Source of the DNA: an uncultured archaeon
Lineage (GTDB): Archaea; Asgardarchaeota; Heimdallarchaeia; Heimdallarchaeales; Kariarchaeaceae
Reading direction: 5' to 3'
Assembly: GCA_964645535.1 (NCBI GenBank)
Contig: CAZYCQ010000028.1
Location: forward strand, 1-19,585
Length of the DNA: 19,585 bases
Below are positions 16,931 through 19,585 of this stretch, in pieces. Made by a program: the position numbers and the translations under genes. Position 1 is the first letter of the stretch. Every line of letters begins with the position of its first letter. The notes beneath the pieces are model-generated. The model worked only from the letters and a program-made list of their open reading frames with translations, made no database searches and was not told the DNA's origin.

Positions 16931-18434
16931 GTGAAGCAGAAACCCTTTCAATTACCATTCCCTCAAGCTTATACATCTGTGAATTATTGGCAACATTCAA
17001 GGCTCGTTCAAGATGAGATTCCTTTGTTGCATGGATACGGAGTAAGGGAGTTCCCTTAGTTACAAATTCACCGGCCTTGTGGAGTAGATACATTCCAGCT
17101 TTCTTGTTAACAGGGCAGCCAAGTTCTCTTGCAATCTTCTTGATTGCAGTATTGGAAATATGGGATATATATCCATCAGCATAAGCTTTCACTTCAGCAG
17201 TGTATTGCCCTATTTCTATGTCTTCAGGCATTACTTTGGCGTTGCCGCCTTGAGCATCAATGATTTCCCGCATCTTTGCAAGAGCTTTTCCACTTCTCAG
17301 GATGTCATCGGCCATCCGCGCACCTTCCCCTTTTGGTACAAGTTTTGCCATTTCAAGAAGAATTCCAGCAAGCTCAACAGATTTTTCATGAACACTTCTC
17401 GGTCCATTTCCCATAAGAGTTTCCAATGCTTCTTTTGCCTCAAGAGCAGGCCCTATTGCATGACCTACAGGTTGATCAGCATAAGTAAGAGCACAATCAA
17501 CCTCTATTCCAACCTTTCGACCAATCTCCACAAACTTATGAGCAAGAGCCTTTGCGGTGGTTCTTGTTTCAAGTTTGGTTCCAGGACCAGTGGGCATGTC
17601 AAGTACTAGATGTTTAACACCAGTTGCCAATTTCTTTGAAAGAATGGAAGCAATAATGATGGATTCAGGATCTAGTCCCAATGGTCGTTCAATTCTTGAA
17701 ATAATTTTTGAATCTACGGGAGCTAAGTTCAAATGACCACCCCAAACAATCATGCCTCTTGTTTTTGGTGCAATTTCCTGTATTTCCTCTGCGGTGAAAT
17801 CAACATTTGCAAGCACTTCCATAGTGTCGGCAGTTCCTGATGGGGAAGTGATCGCCCTGCTACTTGTTTTCGGAATAAGAAGTCCTGCGGCAGCAACAAT
17901 CGGAACGATTACAAGCGACACCTTGTTTCCAGCAATTCCTCCAACAGAATGTTTATCATAAACAGGTTCATTGAAAGAAAGTTGTGTTCCATGATAGGCA
18001 AAACCTTTGGTAAGGTTTACCGTTTCCTCATCACTCAGATTTTCATATTGGATGGCAAGGGTAAATGCAGCCATTTCAAGGTCAGTAAGGTTCTCATTGT
18101 AGATGTCATCTAGAATTACTCTAATATCATCTCCTGACCAAACATGACGGTCATATTTCTTCATTATGACATCAACACTTTTTGGACGGGCACGAGGGGC
18201 TATACTTACAGGCTTTCTTTTCTTTACGCCCAATTGCTTTGCAAGGGTAGGAGGAAACCCAATTTCTCCTTTCTGAACAAGGGTTTCAGAGAAGACAACA
18301 TTTACAAGAAGCCGTTTCTGGGCAACACTTACTTGTGCCATCATTGTTGTCGGATCCCTAGGGTCTCCATCAGATGGATTTAAAACTACCAATCGATCCG
18401 TTGTATCAAAATTCTCTAATATTTTTCCTTTCAT
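16920..18434 (-). CDS. deoA: AMP phosphorylase (archaeal thymidine phosphorylase family)
   Basis: Extra N-terminal domain, DKHSVGG..GNK, KTSSRAITSPSGTAD, SILSKK and GPALEA. 504 aa. Confidence 0.95.
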   Translation of the reverse strand: MKGKILENFDTTDRLVVLNPSDGDPRDPTTMMAQVSVAQKRLLVNVVFSETLVQKGEIGFPPTLAKQLGVKKRKPVSIAPRARPKSVDVIMKKYDRHVWSGDDIRVILDDIYNENLTDLEMAAFTLAIQYENLSDEETVNLTKGFAYHGTQLSFNEPVYDKHSVGGIAGNKVSLVIVPIVAAAGLLIPKTSSRAITSPSGTADTMEVLANVDFTAEEIQEIAPKTRGMIVWGGHLNLAPVDSKIISRIERPLGLDPESIIIASILSKKLATGVKHLVLDMPTGPGTKLETRTTAKALAHKFVEIGRKVGIEVDCALTYADQPVGHAIGPALEAKEALETLMGNGPRSVHEKSVELAGILLEMAKLVPKGEGARMADDILRSGKALAKMREIIDAQGGNAKVMPEDIEIGQYTAEVKAYADGYISHISNTAIKKIARELGCPVNKKAGMYLLHKAGEFVTKGTPLLRIHATKESHLERALNVANNSQMYKLEGMVIERVSASPIE

Positions 18435-18726
18435 TTTTGATCCTCCTACTTAAGGAAGATAATGATCTATTACACCCCTTTTTAATTCAACGTTCAATAT
18501 CCATATTTTGCACAGAAATCAAAAAACAATTGATCGTTCTTATGTGTAAATTTGCTTTTAGATTATCGGAAAGGTTTCAATGTTTGATTTGAGCAAGAAA
18601 ATCCATTACAAGAAATGTTAAATGGAATTTGAGATTAGATAAGACCAAAAACACGTTTTCTCCAAGCACAATGATTTGCCAATTTTATAAGAATGAAGAA
18701 AGCATCTGAATTTAAAAGTAGGTTAG

Positions 18727-18754
18727 AAAGTCTTCCTTCAAAATAGAAGACTTT
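18727..18754. promoter_or_regulatory. Inverted repeat in the divergent intergenic region
   Basis: AAAGTCTTC-N10-GAAGACTTT. Confidence 0.35.
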
Positions 18755-18836
18755 GTAAATACAATCCAAGATCTTAAACCTTCATTTTTCTTCCAAAAAT
18801 AGTAATTCCTTAAATATAGGTACGAAATTTGATTTT

Positions 18837-19223
18837 ATGGCATCACTGCTTAGAGTTTCCATAGAAGTAACAATAATAGCCATTGCACTGGCAATCATGA
18901 TCTTTGTGGTTCTGCAAACGAACAAACTGCTGAAAATATTGCACGGAAGTAAAGTTGAATCATCTTGGAGGCAGGCAAGAGGTATCCAAACAGCCTTGAT
19001 CATTATTTTCTTTCTTTTTGCGATTGTACGAGTTTTGGCAACCATTGATAATGCAACAGATTTTTTTGAATTGCCAAAATGGCTTTTTGATTTGGGAATT
19101 GGGGAAAATCACAACCTAGTAATGAATTCTAGTTTTCTACTTACAGCCTTACTTTTATTTCTAACCATTCGGGTTGACATTCGTGCCTATGAAGGATTAT
19201 TTAAGTTGTTGAAGAGCGAATGA
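18837..19223 (+). CDS. Three-TM hypothetical membrane protein
   Basis: Three hydrophobic helices. A TATA-like TTAAATAT near 18810 fits a leaderless start. Confidence 0.75.
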   Translation: MASLLRVSIEVTIIAIALAIMIFVVLQTNKLLKILHGSKVESSWRQARGIQTALIIIFFLFAIVRVLATIDNATDFFELPKWLFDLGIGENHNLVMNSSFLLTALLLFLTIRVDIRAYEGLFKLLKSE

Positions 19224-19378
19224 AAATAACATTTTCTGCACTATTGATGATTTGCCCAATCCAAGTACTTGGACATGAGGGGGAAGGAAATACCTCGACT
19301 GAAGCAGATGTGATTATGGTTTTTATTTTCTTGATCATGATTGCCATAACAATTCTTGTTATAAAAAAAACAAAGTGA
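19220..19378 (+). CDS. 52-aa small membrane protein (signal peptide, His motif, TM helix)
   Basis: MKITFSALLMICPIQVLGHEGEGNTSTEADVIMVFIFLIMIAITILVIKKTK, with an ATGA overlap with the upstream stop. It is below the ORF-track size range. Confidence 0.7.
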   Translation: MKITFSALLMICPIQVLGHEGEGNTSTEADVIMVFIFLIMIAITILVIKKTK

Positions 19379-19443
19379 AAAATCAGACGATTTGGGATTG
19401 GAATATGCATATATATTTAAGAAAATGAAATTATAGTTTTTCA

Positions 19444-19585
19444 ATGGAAAATACCCAATACGTGGGTCTTCTCGTGTTCAGCAGTTCCGGAATTCCTATT
19501 TTTGAATTCTTGTCAAAAAAGCAATTTAGTGATGCAACTTTGTTGACTGGTTTATTGACAGCCCTTCAGGCATTAACTATTGAAA
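19444..19585 (+). CDS. Longin/roadblock-like domain protein (3'-truncated by the window)
   Basis: MENTQYVGLLVFSSSGIPIFEFLSKKQFSDATLLTGLLTALQALTIE shows a beta-hairpin 'G.P.F' followed by a 'D..L..G.L.A...L..E' helix, the pattern of longin-like domains. ATATATATTTA lies about 25-35 nt upstream. Confidence 0.65.
   Translation, partial: MENTQYVGLLVFSSSGIPIFEFLSKKQFSDATLLTGLLTALQALTIE

Noticed and set aside
19201-19444. Minus-strand ORFs 19201-19410 and 19241-19444
   Set aside because: They are shadows of the plus-strand 52-aa gene and the promoter of the longin-like gene.
1-19585. tRNA, rRNA, CRISPR array, transposase or integrase
   Set aside because: I found no cloverleaf, repeat-spacer periodicity or mobile-element motif by eye. 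The remaining short ORFs in the track are antisense or alternate-frame shadows of the called genes.

Overview
Gene-dense archaeal window, most likely from an Asgard archaeon. This is an inference from archaeal uS14/uS8/uL6, AMP phosphorylase and R15P isomerase occurring together with eukaryote-like genes (ubiquitin E2, TRAP-alpha/beta-like proteins, a longin-like protein and an LRR protein). From left to right it holds: the end of an LRR gene, a broken SauUSI-like PLD-helicase-DUF3427 gene, a DEAD-box helicase, DoxX, a lone A/V-ATPase subunit E, a TRAP-alpha-like protein, a hypothetical protein, an alanine aminotransferase, an isolated rps14-rps8-rpl6 unit, an E2F/DP-like winged-helix protein, a second class I aminotransferase, a 1044-aa helical protein with a small partner, an E2 enzyme, a TRAP-beta-like protein, R15P isomerase, AMP phosphorylase, two small membrane proteins and a truncated longin-like gene. 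The main candidate for a new system is the E2F/DP-like regulator (KRRVYDV motif). Its upstream region carries a perfect CGCGCG inverted repeat and a TTTGGCGG-containing 13-mer that recurs exactly upstream of the ATPase E gene, which suggests an E2F-like regulon. Two conserved genes (uS14 and E2) also appear to need non-canonical ATT/ATA start codons. All family calls come from motif recognition by eye; no searches were run.
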